Part shown: piece by piece, positions 23,976-37,150 of the stretch
How positions within the stretch are numbered: the stretch's first letter is position 1
Layout: the number at the start of each line of letters is the position of its first letter
NCBI GenBank assembly: GCA_030264375.1
Contig: JASCQW010000072.1
Coordinates: 28,730,789-28,794,788 of the forward strand
Source: Carcharhinus longimanus
Taxonomy: Eukaryota
Reading direction: 5' to 3'
Length of the DNA: 64,000 nt
The notes under the pieces: generated by a model
Databases searched by the model: none
Told to the model about the DNA's origin: nothing
Seen by the model: only the letters and a program-made list of their open reading frames with translations
Program-made: the position numbers and the translations under genes

Positions 23976-25021
23976 ATGTTATGATGCATCTCAAATTAGC
24001 AGTTGGAGTACTTTATTATAAGCTAACAAGGGACTTCCTCAGAATTTTGGAGATTGCACTGTAAGCAGAATGCAATGTTTCCTTTCGTTTCATACTTGGC
24101 AAAAACTGCCAATAATATAAAAGTGTGTTTCATTACCAACGCAACATTCACGAAACTCTCAGGTAACACCAGCTGTGAAGAATTCACAATCAAGGCCAAT
24201 CAACATCTTAGTCAACACACACTTTCAGCAGGCATTACTTGGTAAGTCAGGAACAGGAAGTGTTTTTTTTCCTCTTCTATTCTGAGCCCACTAGTGCAGA
24301 GGTCCTCTATGCCACCTTGACGAGGATCCCTGCTGAAACCAGATAACTCAGAAAAAAAATCAAATATTGAACTTTGAATTTTATTGGGCTGTATCAGATT
24401 GAAAGATTTTTACTCATTTGGCCTAAAGGGGATTTTCAGGTTGAGTTATCTTATAATGATGCCACAAAGTTAATTCTGGGTCATAGGAATGTGATTAGGA
24501 CAAAGGCTACCAGGCAATAGTTTAAAAAGAATTATATTTCTCATATTCAAAGGTTGATTTAAATTCTGCCTACATAGACAGTCAATTAAATGTTACAGAA
24601 CAATTCACTCACTTTGTCTCAGACTGGTCCCACAGTCTTGTGATTTTAATCTGCTCTCCTGCCAGGCCAGAAACTGGAAGAACCTTTCTGGAAAGATGCA
24701 GATTGAGCTGCTATTACACTACTGAAGCTTGGCTGCCATTTTAATCATGGGCCTGATAAAGGAAGAGGTTATAGTTATCTCAACAGGCCAACTCTGTCTA
24801 CAACAGGGAAGGAATTGTCCAATTTTAAACAAAATATTTATCTTTCGCTTTTTTTTTTGTTTATTCCTTTTTTTCCTACCTGAAAGGTTTTAGGTGCCAC
24901 AAAGACGATGTGCTGAGGTTTACTGCTCAGTGGTGGACAACTAGAAATTAGAACACAGTAGGCAACTTATTGTTCCTTCCTTTACTGTTGGGGATCACTC
25001 ACTGTCCACTGGACACCTGCA

Positions 25022-25167
25022 TTGGACTGGGGTAAACACAGTAAGAAGTTTCACAACACCAGGTTAAAGTCCAACTGGTTTATTTGATAGCAAAAGCTAG
25101 TGGTGTTTGCTACCAAATAAACCTGTTGGACTTTAACCTGGTGTTGTGAGACTTCTTGCTGTGTTTA
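25022..25167. mobile_element. Head-to-head Penelope-like fragments forming a palindrome
   Basis: 62-bp arms 25033-25094 and 25106-25167 with 4 mismatches; loop agctagtggtg. Confidence 0.8.
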
Positions 25168-25335
25168 ACACATTTGAGGACAGGAACACTACGTAGGAAA
25201 ACTGTGGAAGCAAACTGAAGATCCACATTTCACAGATTGCATCACCATGCCATCCCAATCAATAGCAGAAAGCATCAAACTGATGAAGTACGGAATAGTG
25301 TTTGCAAATATAATGGATTTAATATGTATACATAC

Positions 25336-25378
25336 CCATGTCTGATTTCAATTTCAGAAGATCAAAGTTATGAGCTAC
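25336..25378 (-). CDS. ZNF277: ZNF277 exon 10
   Basis: ttatag|GTA acceptor and G|gtatgt donor; 43 nt; VAHNFDLLKLKSDM. Confidence 0.93.
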
Positions 25379-25839
25379 CTATAAAACAGGACATGCAGCT
25401 TAATGTCGAACATTAAAAAAAAAACACAGCAGTAAGAATAAAACTGCAACCACACCAATCCTAATAAAATGTAAATTATATGTACCAAGTTAAATGTGAA
25501 TCTATGTGTTGTCAGAACAAATAATCTTTATCCTTTTTTCCAAACATATTGACAGTCATCTATTCAACATTATGTCTTATTTTACATACATAAGTAGGAT
25601 ATTTCTGGATTAGTGCTTCATGAATCCATGAATTATCATGGCAGTTAAATATATTTATAGGTCAGATGTATGTGTTTTACAACAACGATTAAAAACTATT
25701 ACTTTTGGTGTTTAAGTGCTAAAGTTATTAGAAAATTACTTTGTGACAAAGTCTACAAAAAGGAGGTAGGATGGTAGTTCATAAAAATGATGCAACAAAT
25801 TATTCCTTCAAATATTTGGGATATTATTTTAAATAGTAA

Positions 25840-26650
25840 ACTTGGCAGACGGAATACAATGAAGGAAAATGTGAAGTTACACACTTTGGTAGGAAAAATT
25901 GAGGAACTGATTTCTTAAATGGAGAAAGACTGCAAAAAGCTGCAGTACAGAGGGATTTGGGTGTCCTTGTGCATAAATCACGAAAATCTAGCTTACAAGT
26001 TCAGCAGGTAATAGAGAAGGCAAATGGAATATTGGCCTTTATTTTACAGGAAATGGAGTATAAACATTGGGGAGTCTTGCTGAAACTATACAAGGCACTA
26101 ATTAGACCACACCTGGAATACTGTGAAGAGCTTTGGTCCCCTCACCTAAGGAAATATATACTTGCATTGGACTCAGCAAAAGTTCACAAGGTTGATCCGG
26201 TATGGAGGGATTTTCCTATGAAGAGAAATTGAGTAGGTTGGGCCTGTCCTCACTGGAGTTTAGAAGAATGAGAAGTGACCTTATTGAGACAGATAGAATT
26301 TTCAAAGAGGTTGACAGGATAGATGCTGAGAGGTTGTTTCCCTTTGAAGGAAAGTCTAGGACCAGAGGGCATTATCTCCGAATGAGAAGTTGCCCATTTA
26401 TGACACAGATGAGGAGGAATTTTGTCTTTCAGAGGATAATGAATCTATGACACCCTTTACTGTACAGGATTGTAAAGGTTGGCTTGTTAAGAATGTTTAA
26501 GGCTGAGGCAGACAAATTTTTAATCAGTGAGGGAATTGAGGGTTATGTGGATAAGTCAGGAAAGTGGACTGATCAGTCATGATCTCATCAAGTAGCGGAG
26601 CAGACATGATGGGCCTAATAGCCTACTTCTGTTCCTATATTTTCTCGTCT
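25840..26650 (+). mobile_element. CR1 LINE ORF2 3' portion
   Basis: DLGVLVH...KANGIL...LYKALIRPHLEYC...WSP, then SYEEKLSRLGL.SLE.RR.R.DLI and TRGH; frameshifted. Confidence 0.92.
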
Positions 26651-28121
26651 TCAGAAGCTTAATTGATATGCTGTTAATAACTCAGTCTGAAATTTAGACG
26701 CACAAAATACATATGGTGAGAATCTGCCTTTCTTCAATGGTATTAATGAAGAATGCTGCGCAGGTCGTGCTGTTAACGACCCACGGTGCAGACTGCCTCC
26801 CTGGTGGGAATCAACACAAATTAAAGACATTTTAAAGTTAATTTAAGAATGATGTTTTCCATTTGCATTTCAAAAGCTAAAATGTAACTTCTAAATAATG
26901 TTTTTTTTCTATTTTGGGGATTTTTTTCTTGAAATATCCAACTGATCTTTCTAATACGTGATATGATCTAGAGTTTATTTGATGTACTGAAATGTGGATG
27001 CTCTCTCTGTCCATAACCTTGACAACATTTACAGATTGGTGCCTGGGATCAAGGTTCTCCATGAATTTGTAACAGCAATCCTTAAGGACCATGCTGAATG
27101 AGATTCCAAATCTGTCAAAAATTAAGCTATTATGCTGTGTTTGCAGGTGCAGTTGTAATTCGGTTGAAACTGTACAAGCTTTTTTTCCTGCAACCTCACA
27201 TGCTAACAGATCTTCATCCCATAAATCTAAGGTGGATTTAAATCCAGCAAAAAGAATATAACACTCCTAATTCTCTTCACTCTACCCCCTCCTTCCAATC
27301 AGCTAGCCCACTTAAATATATTCTGTGTCAAGATTACAATTAATCAAATTGACAGACGTATAATAATTTCACAAAATGGTCTTATTAAATATCAATGCAA
27401 TGGAATTATTTCAAAATTTTCGACAGGAACAAAGTTGAATTGATGTTAACTAATACACACCTTAATAGTCATATTTAGCTCCCTTTTTAGTACTCTCAAG
27501 TTTTCTCAAGTGCTGTCTATTTTTCCTGTAGATATGCCATCCAGTTTCTTGAATGATGAAATAAGCAAATTTTATGAATGACCGATTCAACAGGCTAAAT
27601 GGCACATTTATGCTCCTATGTCTTATGGTTTCATGGACCTCCAATTGAACAAATTACAAACAAGGTTTCACTTAAAGGTTAATAGGGATCAGATCAAATG
27701 CAAATTAAACATGAATTGACAGGCAAATTAAAAGACAAATTTCACTTTGGTCAACATGACAAAGAAACACCTTACTGTTACAAGCAGCCCCAGGTGAGGT
27801 TCCCCGAAAGTTGTTGATCCCTGCTAGAGCCCTCGATTTGTTACCACCTGGCTGGGATACCCCACAATTGTTACAACCTGAATGAGATGGGATGACTAAT
27901 TCTGTGTCTTTATTCAACCCCCCCTCTCTGCAGGTAGCAACAATGCTTCATCTAACAAGGTTCCCTTTCCCAGACACAATAGTTATGTTTACAAGGAAGC
28001 CAATTTAACCAGGCTTTTTTGAGTTAAGAGNNNNNNNNNNNNNNNNNNNNNNNNNNNNNNNNNNNNNNNNNNNNNNNNNNNNNNNNNNNNNNNNNNNNNN
28101 NNNNNNNNNNNNNNNNNNNNN

Positions 28122-28195
28122 ATCTTATTGAATGACGGGGCAGGCTCGAAGGGCTAGATGGCCTACTCCTGCTCCTATTTCTTATGTTCTTATGT
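28122..28195 (+). mobile_element. CR1 LINE 3' end after a gap
   Basis: ggctcgaagggctagatggcctactcctgctcctatttcttatgttcttatg. Confidence 0.8.
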
Positions 28196-29529
28196 TGTTA
28201 CAGACTGATTCCAGCATCATTGGCTTCTGTAGGCGAATAGCTGATTCTTTGATTCAGGTGTTCTGTAGTTTGGTGGGGCAATTTCAGTTAATTTTTAAGC
28301 TGCGTCCTTCTGCTGGCTGACTGACTTCCACAGTGTTTGAAGTGAGTTTTTAGATATTCGTGCAAAAGATGCTACTTCCATTTTGCACAGGCATTTCTTC
28401 TGTTATTCTATCTCACATGTACAATGTTTTTCCTCACAGCATGCACACACATACAGGGCAGACAGGCCTGGAGCCCCTTTCTTTGTATATTCCAAGAGGA
28501 AACCAGAATACACTAGTTCATCCAGGCAATTATACCAGGGTCTTCAAGATAGGCATAATATCCCTTTGTCTTTACCAGAGATGGTAATCAGTCTTTAAAT
28601 GATTTTAAAGCATCTCATCTGGAAACACAGGGAGGGGTTCCATTGTCACTTGGAGAATCACCACGCAGCAATTCCTGCCAGTCTTTGGCATCTTTGGGAT
28701 TTGTGTCCATTTTAAAATATACAAATCAAAGTCCAATACTCCTGTGTATAATTTCATTGTTTCTTCATCTTCATTGTGTCACTTACACAACCACAACCAT
28801 GCCCATCACTCCCCAGACATACATAGCACTGTGTAGCTGCACAGTTACACAATATGCTGCCCTTTATTCATGAAGGGTAAATCAGGAGTCCTATCCTTGA
28901 TTTCACATGTACAATTATCATCAGCAATGCACATTTCTATGCATCTTCTCTCCCTTGGGGAATGACAGTCTGGATGATGCAATATTCCAGAGTTCCTTTT
29001 CAACCAGCCAACTAAATCACAGTTTTACCACTGCTGGGGAAATACCCAGCCCTTTAGCTCATAAAATCTCAAAATCTCTGAGCTACTCACAGCTTTCCAG
29101 ATTTGAGATCTTTTTTGTAAGTTTGCACATTACTCCAAGAGCTCCAGTCTCCTTTCCTGTCAAATTGAAAATCTGAAAAGGATATCGTCGTCTCACAAGA
29201 GTTGCATTCATCTTTCAATCTCTGTCTGCTTTCTCTTTGTGTCTGCATCCATGTACTAATTATCTTCACCCTTCAGATCAAATGCTAACAGTCGTCCTTT
29301 ATATTTGCCAGCCATACAGCTTCTTTCTCAACTTCCTTCCTGGTGCAAATTGTTTTCAGGTCAAGAATCATCAGATACCATGCACAAATATTTCTTGTTA
29401 TCAAGTAAATGGCCATTGATCCCTTTCCAATGATACAAATCTTAAAAGTCCTTGTCAAACATTCTTTAAACAATTAAAGATGCAAATAGTAGTTTGGTAG
29501 TACAGAACTTCAGTATTGTTGAAGAAAGA

Positions 29530-29830
29530 TAATTTTGTTACCAATTTTGTCTTGCACTCATCAGGACAATCACAAAAATACCAGTGTCAAGGGAAACAAA
29601 GACTTCATACTTCATGAGAAGAGAGTAATGATAGAATGGCAAGTGAACTTAGATTGGTAGAGGCATCACCTTGGAGAATGCATCAGTTGATGATGATTGA
29701 CAGTTAACACCAAGCATTTGGTGAAGCTATAACACAGGATGACTAGCATGCCAAACTGTATGTACAATAAATTAGACAGAGGTAAACAATTCCATAACCA
29801 ATGGATCAGTTCTAAACTCCGCAGTCCTGC
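29530..29830 (-). mobile_element. Old Penelope-like remnant with a decayed hammerhead
   Basis: Minus strand reads gtc-CTGATGA-GT-GCAAG-AC-AAAA. Confidence 0.45.
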
Positions 29831-30611
29831 CACATCCAGCCGTGAATGGTGATGGATAATTAAATACTTCATTGCTATAATTGTTAACTTTCACACAACC
29901 ACCCCAGGAAGTAAAACTTGATAGGCTAAACATTCATCTTCTGTATTGTATTATTTTGTAAGTGGGGCATATGGAAGTGAAATCTGCCAGGAATCTGGGC
30001 CTTGGCTTTCTTGTTCATGTATGAAGGGGACATTGATCTTCAATGGGGAAAGGAAATCCTGTTCTGCTTGTGAAGTAGGTGTCTGAATTTTCCACAATTC
30101 TTCATTATGATCCTATGGAACTTTGGGCGGTAATCTGGGAGAGAACTCTGTCGTACATGCCATTCCAATGTTACTTTTAGTGATGTGCATTGGATTACGT
30201 GACCTGGAAGCAAATTGCTTGATGCTCTTTCCAGTCAGAAATTGTGTATTGCAGTGAAAAAGACAATGAATAAATAATACCTTTAAAAATGTGTATAATA
30301 AAAGTTGGTAGTTAACCAGATCAAATACATATTGCTTCAACTAAATCAAATTTGAGATTTTTATTTTTTTCTTAGGAAATACAGTAGCTCATTTTCACAA
30401 TGTAACTTAAATGTGGTTAGAAGAAACCACCATCACACATTTATATTGTTTTTCTCCCCCAAAAATTGGTGATTTGATTTAAAAAAGACATGTTCAGACT
30501 GTAGGATAATGTCACTAGGGGAATGTAATAAAATCCCATAGATTACGTGGTGTTTTCATTTGTTAATTGGAGAAGTTACATATTCTATGCTGTTCTTTTA
30601 CTGAGTTTTAC

Positions 30612-30708
30612 CTTCATGTGAAGTTGCAGTTTTTCAGTTGTATCTTGTGCTTTCTCACAGAAGAGGCAAACAGCACACACTGGAGGGCCTTGCCAATCAG
30701 ACCAATCA
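30612..30708 (-). CDS. ZNF277: ZNF277 exon 9
   Basis: ttacag|T acceptor and AAG|gtaaaa donor; 97 nt; DWSDWQGPPVCAVCLFCEKAQDTTEKLQLHMK. Confidence 0.95.
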
Positions 30709-31109
30709 CTGTAAAAATAATGTAAAAATAAAGCTACAGAAAATGACAACATATTTGTTAAATGCAATAGTCCATAATGGCTCAATAAAACAATCTACTC
30801 TTGTTCCTAATGCTCTGATTAAATACCACCTGAACTGTCGAAGGCATAACAGGATGACAACTGGAGCCCAATCTAAGGTATTAGCTAGTTGCAATTATTT
30901 ATGGTACTTGCATAATTTAATTTATAGTGAAACAGATCCCAAGAATCCACTTTACTTTAGAACATGTATCTATTTCACTTCTTCGTTAGGTGTAACAAAA
31001 ATCAAGGTTACAGATAAAAACAATGCAAGAGGAGAAAGAAGAAACTGCAAATGGTAATCTTATTAGAGTTTATGGAGACCAACCTGAGAAGTATTTTGTA
31101 CCATGTTAA

Positions 31110-31540
31110 CCATAACAACTGCAAGAAGCTACAAAGGGTTGTGAATCACCCAAACCAGCCTCCCGTCCATTGATTCGGACAAGACTTCCTCGGAAAAGTA
31201 GCCAGCATAATCAAGAATCCCACTCACCCTGGACATGCTCTCTCATACTCTCTTCCATCTTCTTCAGTCGGGAAGATGATGCAAAAGTCTGAGATCATGT
31301 ACCAACCGATTCAATAATAGTTTCTCCCCTACTGCCATCAAACTTTTGAATGAACCTACCTTACATTAAGTTGATCTTTCGCTACACCCTAGCTGTGACT
31401 GCAACACAACATTCTGCACCCTCTCCTTTTCTTCTCCCCTATGTATTCTATGAACGGTATGCTTTGCCTGTATAGTGTGCAAGAAACAATACTTTCCACT
31501 GTATACCAATACATGTGACAATAATAAATCAAATCAAACA
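31110..31540 (+). mobile_element. LINE 3' end, Rex/L2-like
   Basis: KVASIIKNPTHPGH.L and RFNNSFSP coding remnants; (aaatc)n tail. Confidence 0.7.
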
Positions 31541-32759
31541 AACTGGTTGCCAACTTGGCTTCAGAACAAATAAAACTAAAGCTTATTATCCAAAAATTTA
31601 CTAATTTTATGGACAAGTTTGCAGCCTGAAAAAAAATCTTTGACATTTTACTGCCTTTGAGTATAATTTTAGTCTCACTGGCAGGCTTCTTGTGACATAC
31701 CCAGTGAGCTGCTGAATGAGAAATAGGACTTTCTTGCAAAAAGGTTTCCTTTTGTGCACCCATCTGTTCCTTTCTTTCCAGGAAGGTGATCCCAGTTCTC
31801 CAATAACATTCCTCATGAGCCAGCCACTAGAAAATGAGGGACTGCTGACTCTCCTAATCTTTATCCTTGTGTTCTCTTGATGCCTCCCAACATAATGACT
31901 AGCAAGTAGTAGAGTGGTCACGATGCTGGACAATTAAAACCAGAGGTCATGAATTCAAGTTGTGAAATTGAATTTGTGCACCAACACTAGTAACCATTAA
32001 AACATCTGGACTGATATAAAAAACCCCAGCTGATTCATTGCCATCTTCCAGGGAAAGAAGTCTATCATTCTGACCTAGTCTGACTTGCAAGTGATTACAG
32101 TAATTCTTGATGCCCACTCAAATGTCCTAGCAAGCCACTCAGCTGAAATGTGACAAGTGATGTTCCCCAGGGATCTATATTGGAGCACCAGAGCAGAGCA
32201 GAGGCTTAGCACTCTGTGATGAGTGGTTCCCTACCTGAACCTTTAAAGTCTTTATTTGTCCAATGATTACTATAACTTTTTGTGCCAGACTGGGGAGAAA
32301 TCTCTTTTTTGTGTTAGAGTTAATGTATTGTAAAGCCACAAAAAACAGTGCATTGGTGGCAATGCCACACCAGTGTCCTCTCACTACCTTTTACTACAGG
32401 TGGAGAATGTTGCTAGGCTTTCAATCCTCTTGATGAGTAGAACGCAAACACAAGAGATGCTCATACTTAAATCCAACCCTCATACTTCTATCAGGAACAT
32501 TAGAACTGCTGGGCTGTAGTGATATCTCAACATTTTATTCAAGTCTAATTAATCTATGATCATACAGTAAAACTTGACATACTATTTATCTTGTCAATGA
32601 TACCCTTTCCCACAGAGCCATCACCTGGAACCCATAACTTATTCAAATGCAAAGCTAGTTATAGCTTGCTGAACCAGGTATTTTGAGTATTATGTTCAAC
32701 AATGGAAATTTCTGACATGTTCCACTACAGTTCCTCCACATGTTAGATTTTGGGCAAGG

Positions 32760-33010
32760 GATGCAGGCTGGATGTGAAGTACTTTCTCTAATGCAGTGAG
32801 TGGTAATAACCTTGAATTCACTGTCTACGAGGATGATGGAAGGGGAGACAATGAATGATTTTAAAAGAAAATTGAATGGGCACTTCAGGGAGATAAACTT
32901 AAGAGAGCTATAGGGATACAGCAGAGGAATGAGACTAATTTGATTGTCCTATAAAGAGCTGGCGTAGACTTGATGCACTGATGGCCTCTTTGTTTTGCAA
33001 AGGTTCTATT
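32760..33010 (+). mobile_element. Decayed CR1 3' end
   Basis: Diverged final ORF2 region and ggcctct...ttctat tail. Confidence 0.5.
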
Positions 33011-34086
33011 TTTGTATTGCCAACCAACTCAGTCAAATTCTAACAACATCTTTTCCATATTACAATTGCCTTTGGTTCTCCTGAATTTCTGCAATTCTGC
33101 AATTTTTTTCCATGAGGGAATTTTAAAAATTTCACCACAATTACAAAAATTGTTTCTGCCAATAATAAGTATACAAATGTACTCGAGAACCAGGCATGCG
33201 TGTTGTCCTGACAGTTTATGAATTGCAACTGAATGAAAATGAATTTATTGCAAACTGCTCCATTACTGTTTGATGCTGAAAAATCACTATGAAATTGCTC
33301 TGAAGTATCATGGTTACATCATTTTCTGCGACATGAATTGGGAAGTTTAAAAAGTTTATAAACACCAGGAAAACTAGAGGTACAGATCATGAAGGGTGGA
33401 GTTTGATATAATCGCCATTGATGATTTTCATTGGCAATGTGCTCATGCAATACAAATTTCTTTTGACAGAAATATAAAATGGCTCACCAGGATGAGAAAG
33501 ATGGAAAAGAAATGAAAGCTACAAAGCTATCACTGAGTCAATAATATATAGCATGTGAAGCAGCTCATAAACACAACAAATGTAACTGTCAGGGCTTGTC
33601 AACATTTCACCAGCTCCAAGTGTATTCTGTGCCAAGGCATGGCATGCTGTTAGTGAGATGCCACTGTGCAGAGGGAGAAACAAGCTTACATCATTCATTA
33701 TTTTTTTCCCCCTCTATTGGCTGATGAAAGAGAGGAATGAGTCAAGAGTCAGGAAGCAATCTCTTCTTCATTCTATTTTTCTCATGAACAAATCTGAACA
33801 TCAGTTACTAATTTTCAGACTGATTGAATTAAAAAAGTTCTTAATGGTATCAAAAATAAATAGGTGGAGTAAGGCTGCAGATGGAAAGTATAAACTTCAG
33901 TCTTGTGGTGTATGACTTAATATGAATCACAANNNNNNNNNNCTTGCACATCTTTGGACTGTAATACCTCTGCTTTGTAATTTCCTCCCAGTTCCTTTGA
34001 TTTATTTGCAAAACAAAGTTAATTTACCCACTAAGAACATGCACAACGTGATAATGGCAGCAGTTTGAAACCTTAAAACCACTTAC

Positions 34087-34154
34087 TCATTTTGCTCTTC
34101 TATCATTTCTCTGTCATCTTCAGACTGAACCTCCTCCCAGTTCTTCCCAAGCTC
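34087..34154 (-). CDS. ZNF277: ZNF277 exon 8
   Basis: ttctag|GAG acceptor and GA|gtaagt donor; 68 nt; ELGKNWEEVQSEDDREMIEEQN. Confidence 0.95.
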
Positions 34155-35910
34155 CTAGAATAATTAAACATTAGTTTTTCCAGATGTGAGGAGAAATCTG
34201 AAGTGTTCTTGTTTATTTGATTAACCAGACCATCCCTTTAGAATCTTACTGATATATTGAGGTGGTTGCACAGTTTTAAGCCATAAAACTGCATTAAAGC
34301 ACAAGTATCCCAACTCTTTCGCTTCAAATTTGTAAGTTTTCTGTTGTATATACTTTCTTCAGATTATTTTACACAATAAATGGAAATATACTTCACAGTA
34401 CAGCAAATTATTTTGACATGAGCAGTCAGCTCAGTTTTAGGTAACCAACATGAGCTCCTTAGGTTACTGTCCTTGGCCCAACCTCCTTCAGCTGCTTCAG
34501 TGACCTTCCTACCACCGTGAAGTCAGAAGTGAGAATGTTTACTAATGATTGCACAATGTTCAGCATGAAAAATGATCTTTATGATTGTATTGAATAGCAC
34601 AGCAAGCTCGATGGGCTGAATAGCTTAGTCTTGTTCCTATTAAGGCTATTCTGGAAGTAAAACAGGGCAGTCCAGTGTAAGTGAAGGGATTATCAATCTG
34701 ACTTGAATTGTTATTTCTTCATATCTCTTTATATTGTAATAATGTTGGTTTATAGCCATTATACATAGGATATTATGATTCAAAAATTACAATATGTTAA
34801 AATGATGACCATTGAACTTTTGAATGGCAACTAACCCTCATAGCACTGGCAGGTTTTAATGTTAAGTAGCCACATGCCTAATGATAAAACGTTTGGAGGC
34901 ACACTGTTGCAAGCTTATTTTTGGATTTCACAGCAGGTTCAACATTATAGGTGCAAGGTTATCAGCTAATTTTGCAAAAGGAAAACATTTGGCTAAAACA
35001 TTATCCTTTTTAATTAGAGTTTAGAATCATTCTGGTGCTCAATGATACAGAATCAAATACAAGACTTATAATTAGTAGTTTCACTTTGTGAAACAGCAAT
35101 TATTGTGATGAGAGAAGTTTGTGATAACAAAACAGGGCATTATAGAGAGCTTGTTAACCGATGGAAAGATAGGTATTTGGAAAAGCTGAATGGTAATGAA
35201 GTGAATCCAACTAGGTCCACTCATGTAATGTAATGTGGAATTGTCAGATAATAGTTGTAAGAGAATGCAAGTATCATATTGCATTGTGGAACAGGATTCA
35301 AAGTGGTCATCAGCCTTAATGTTGCAGCCAGAATGGTAAGGTGTTTTAGTTGCCAACCATCAGATATGGTTGTAAATCCTATATTTTAAGAGTATGCTTA
35401 AGCATTATTCCATCTACTTGATAAATCTATGACTATCTGACATAAACTTTTCAAAAACTTTATTGGTTTTGAGGGACAGAACATCTAATCATTAATAAAA
35501 AAGCATCCTTGAAAACACATACTATCAGTCTGAGGGACAGCCAGCAAAACATTAATCATGAACATCTGATGAAGCAGTTCTCAATAACACCATGGGCTTA
35601 CTAAGCAATTTAACTTAAATCAGTTTTAAATATCCCATGACTGCTCTTTTACAACCAACCTAGTCAGAGTAATACTGAATAAAATTATTTCCTTGAGTTC
35701 AGTCAACATTCCAAATCTAGTTGTGTCAAAATGACTTTTGCTGATAACAGCTGTGGAGATGTTTGAGTTATTCTATTATGTTAATTGAGATATTAACCCA
35801 TTTAAAATATATTGAATTTCTTAAACGTGTGCACCGATCTCACCGACAGTAAATTTTTACCTTCATATTGTTTTAAAAAATTGGTCTCTAAAATTACACA
35901 AAAATCTTAC

Positions 35911-36043
35911 CAAATAGTTGATGGTATAAAATTTGTCATATTCATGATTTCTGGCATTGATTCTGCGATGCTGTTTTTTCCTCATGTGATCTTTGAGGGT
36001 ATTCTTGTCACGGAATGTTTTCTCGCAATATAAACATTGCAAA
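35911..36043 (-). CDS. ZNF277: ZNF277 exon 7 (C2H2 finger)
   Basis: ctgcag|T acceptor and TTG|gtaaga donor; 133 nt; LQCLYCEKTFRDKNTLKDHMRKKQHRRINARNHEYDKFYTINYL. Confidence 0.97.
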
Positions 36044-36849
36044 CTGCAGGAAAAAAGGCATTTGCCGATAACACATTTTGCAAATTCAAAACTCTTACTT
36101 AAATACTCATTGAGCAAATAGCTGTAATCAACCATGAAATCATGTGAAAGATCAAAAACCTTAAATTCTTCTTGCAGGTAATTAGCAATTATTTCTCTGT
36201 AGCGGTGTAATTGAATTGAGGCCAAGATAAAAATAACTATAGACAAAGTAGACATCACTCTTTAATGCTTCATTGATATTGATTCAATATCACAGTCAAG
36301 TGCTATCTGAAAGTCTCATAGGAACAACAGCTAAGTAATTCAACAGAATACATAAATTCATCAGCAAAGAATCAGCATCAACATGAGGAGAATAAATTCC
36401 AACAAGTTTTGATCTAGGATGTATTGCATGAATGAATAATGAAAACAGAGTGAATTGTAAAGGGACTTGGATAAATGCTCAAAAGGAAAAAAAATTGCAG
36501 GGTTGTGAGGAAATATTGCTCTTTCAAAGAATTGATATGATGGGCTGAATAACCTCCTTCTGTGCTGTAGCATTCTGTCATCTCATTTACATTTAATTCC
36601 TGGGGAGACATGTTTCTGAATCCGTTGGGAAGAAATAAGGGAGGGCTGGTGGCAGTGTTAGGTTTGTCTGGACCCTTGGACAATTTGTCTGAATACTAAT
36701 TTGGTAATGCAAGTAAGTAGTAAGAAGTATTGGGCAATTTCAAAAGCTACTAGGGAATTAACATGGTAGCACTATAATGCAATATATTTTCAGTTTATTT
36801 TTCTCAAGATACTCTAGAGCAATAAGCTACTTGTCACCAATCACATCCT

Positions 36850-37150
36850 AAGAACATAAGAAATAGGAGCAGGAGTAGGCCAACTAGCCCCTCGAGCCTG
36901 CCCCGCCATTCAATAAGATCATGGCNNNNNNNNNNNNNNNNNNNNNNNNNNNNNNNNNNNNNNNNNNNNNNNNNNNNNNNNNNNNNNNNNNNNNNNNNNN
37001 NNNNNNNNNNNNNNNNNNNNNNNNNCCAGAGATTCACCACCCTTTGAGTGAAGAAGTTCCTCCTCAACTCCATTCTAAACTGCCCCCCCTTTATCTTGAG
37101 GCCGTGCCCTCTAGTCCTACTGTCCTTTCTGAGCGGGAAGAGCCTCTCCT
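36850..37150 (-). mobile_element. CR1 LINE 3' end with gap
   Basis: LFP....RTRGHGLKIKGGQFRMELRRNFFTQRVVNLW plus tail. Confidence 0.88.

Noticed and set aside
24605-24660. Minus-strand LWDQSE followed by gtgagt, resembling the end of ZNF277 exon 11
   Set aside because: The true exon 11 is at 23371-23545, and upstream sequence here has no similarity.
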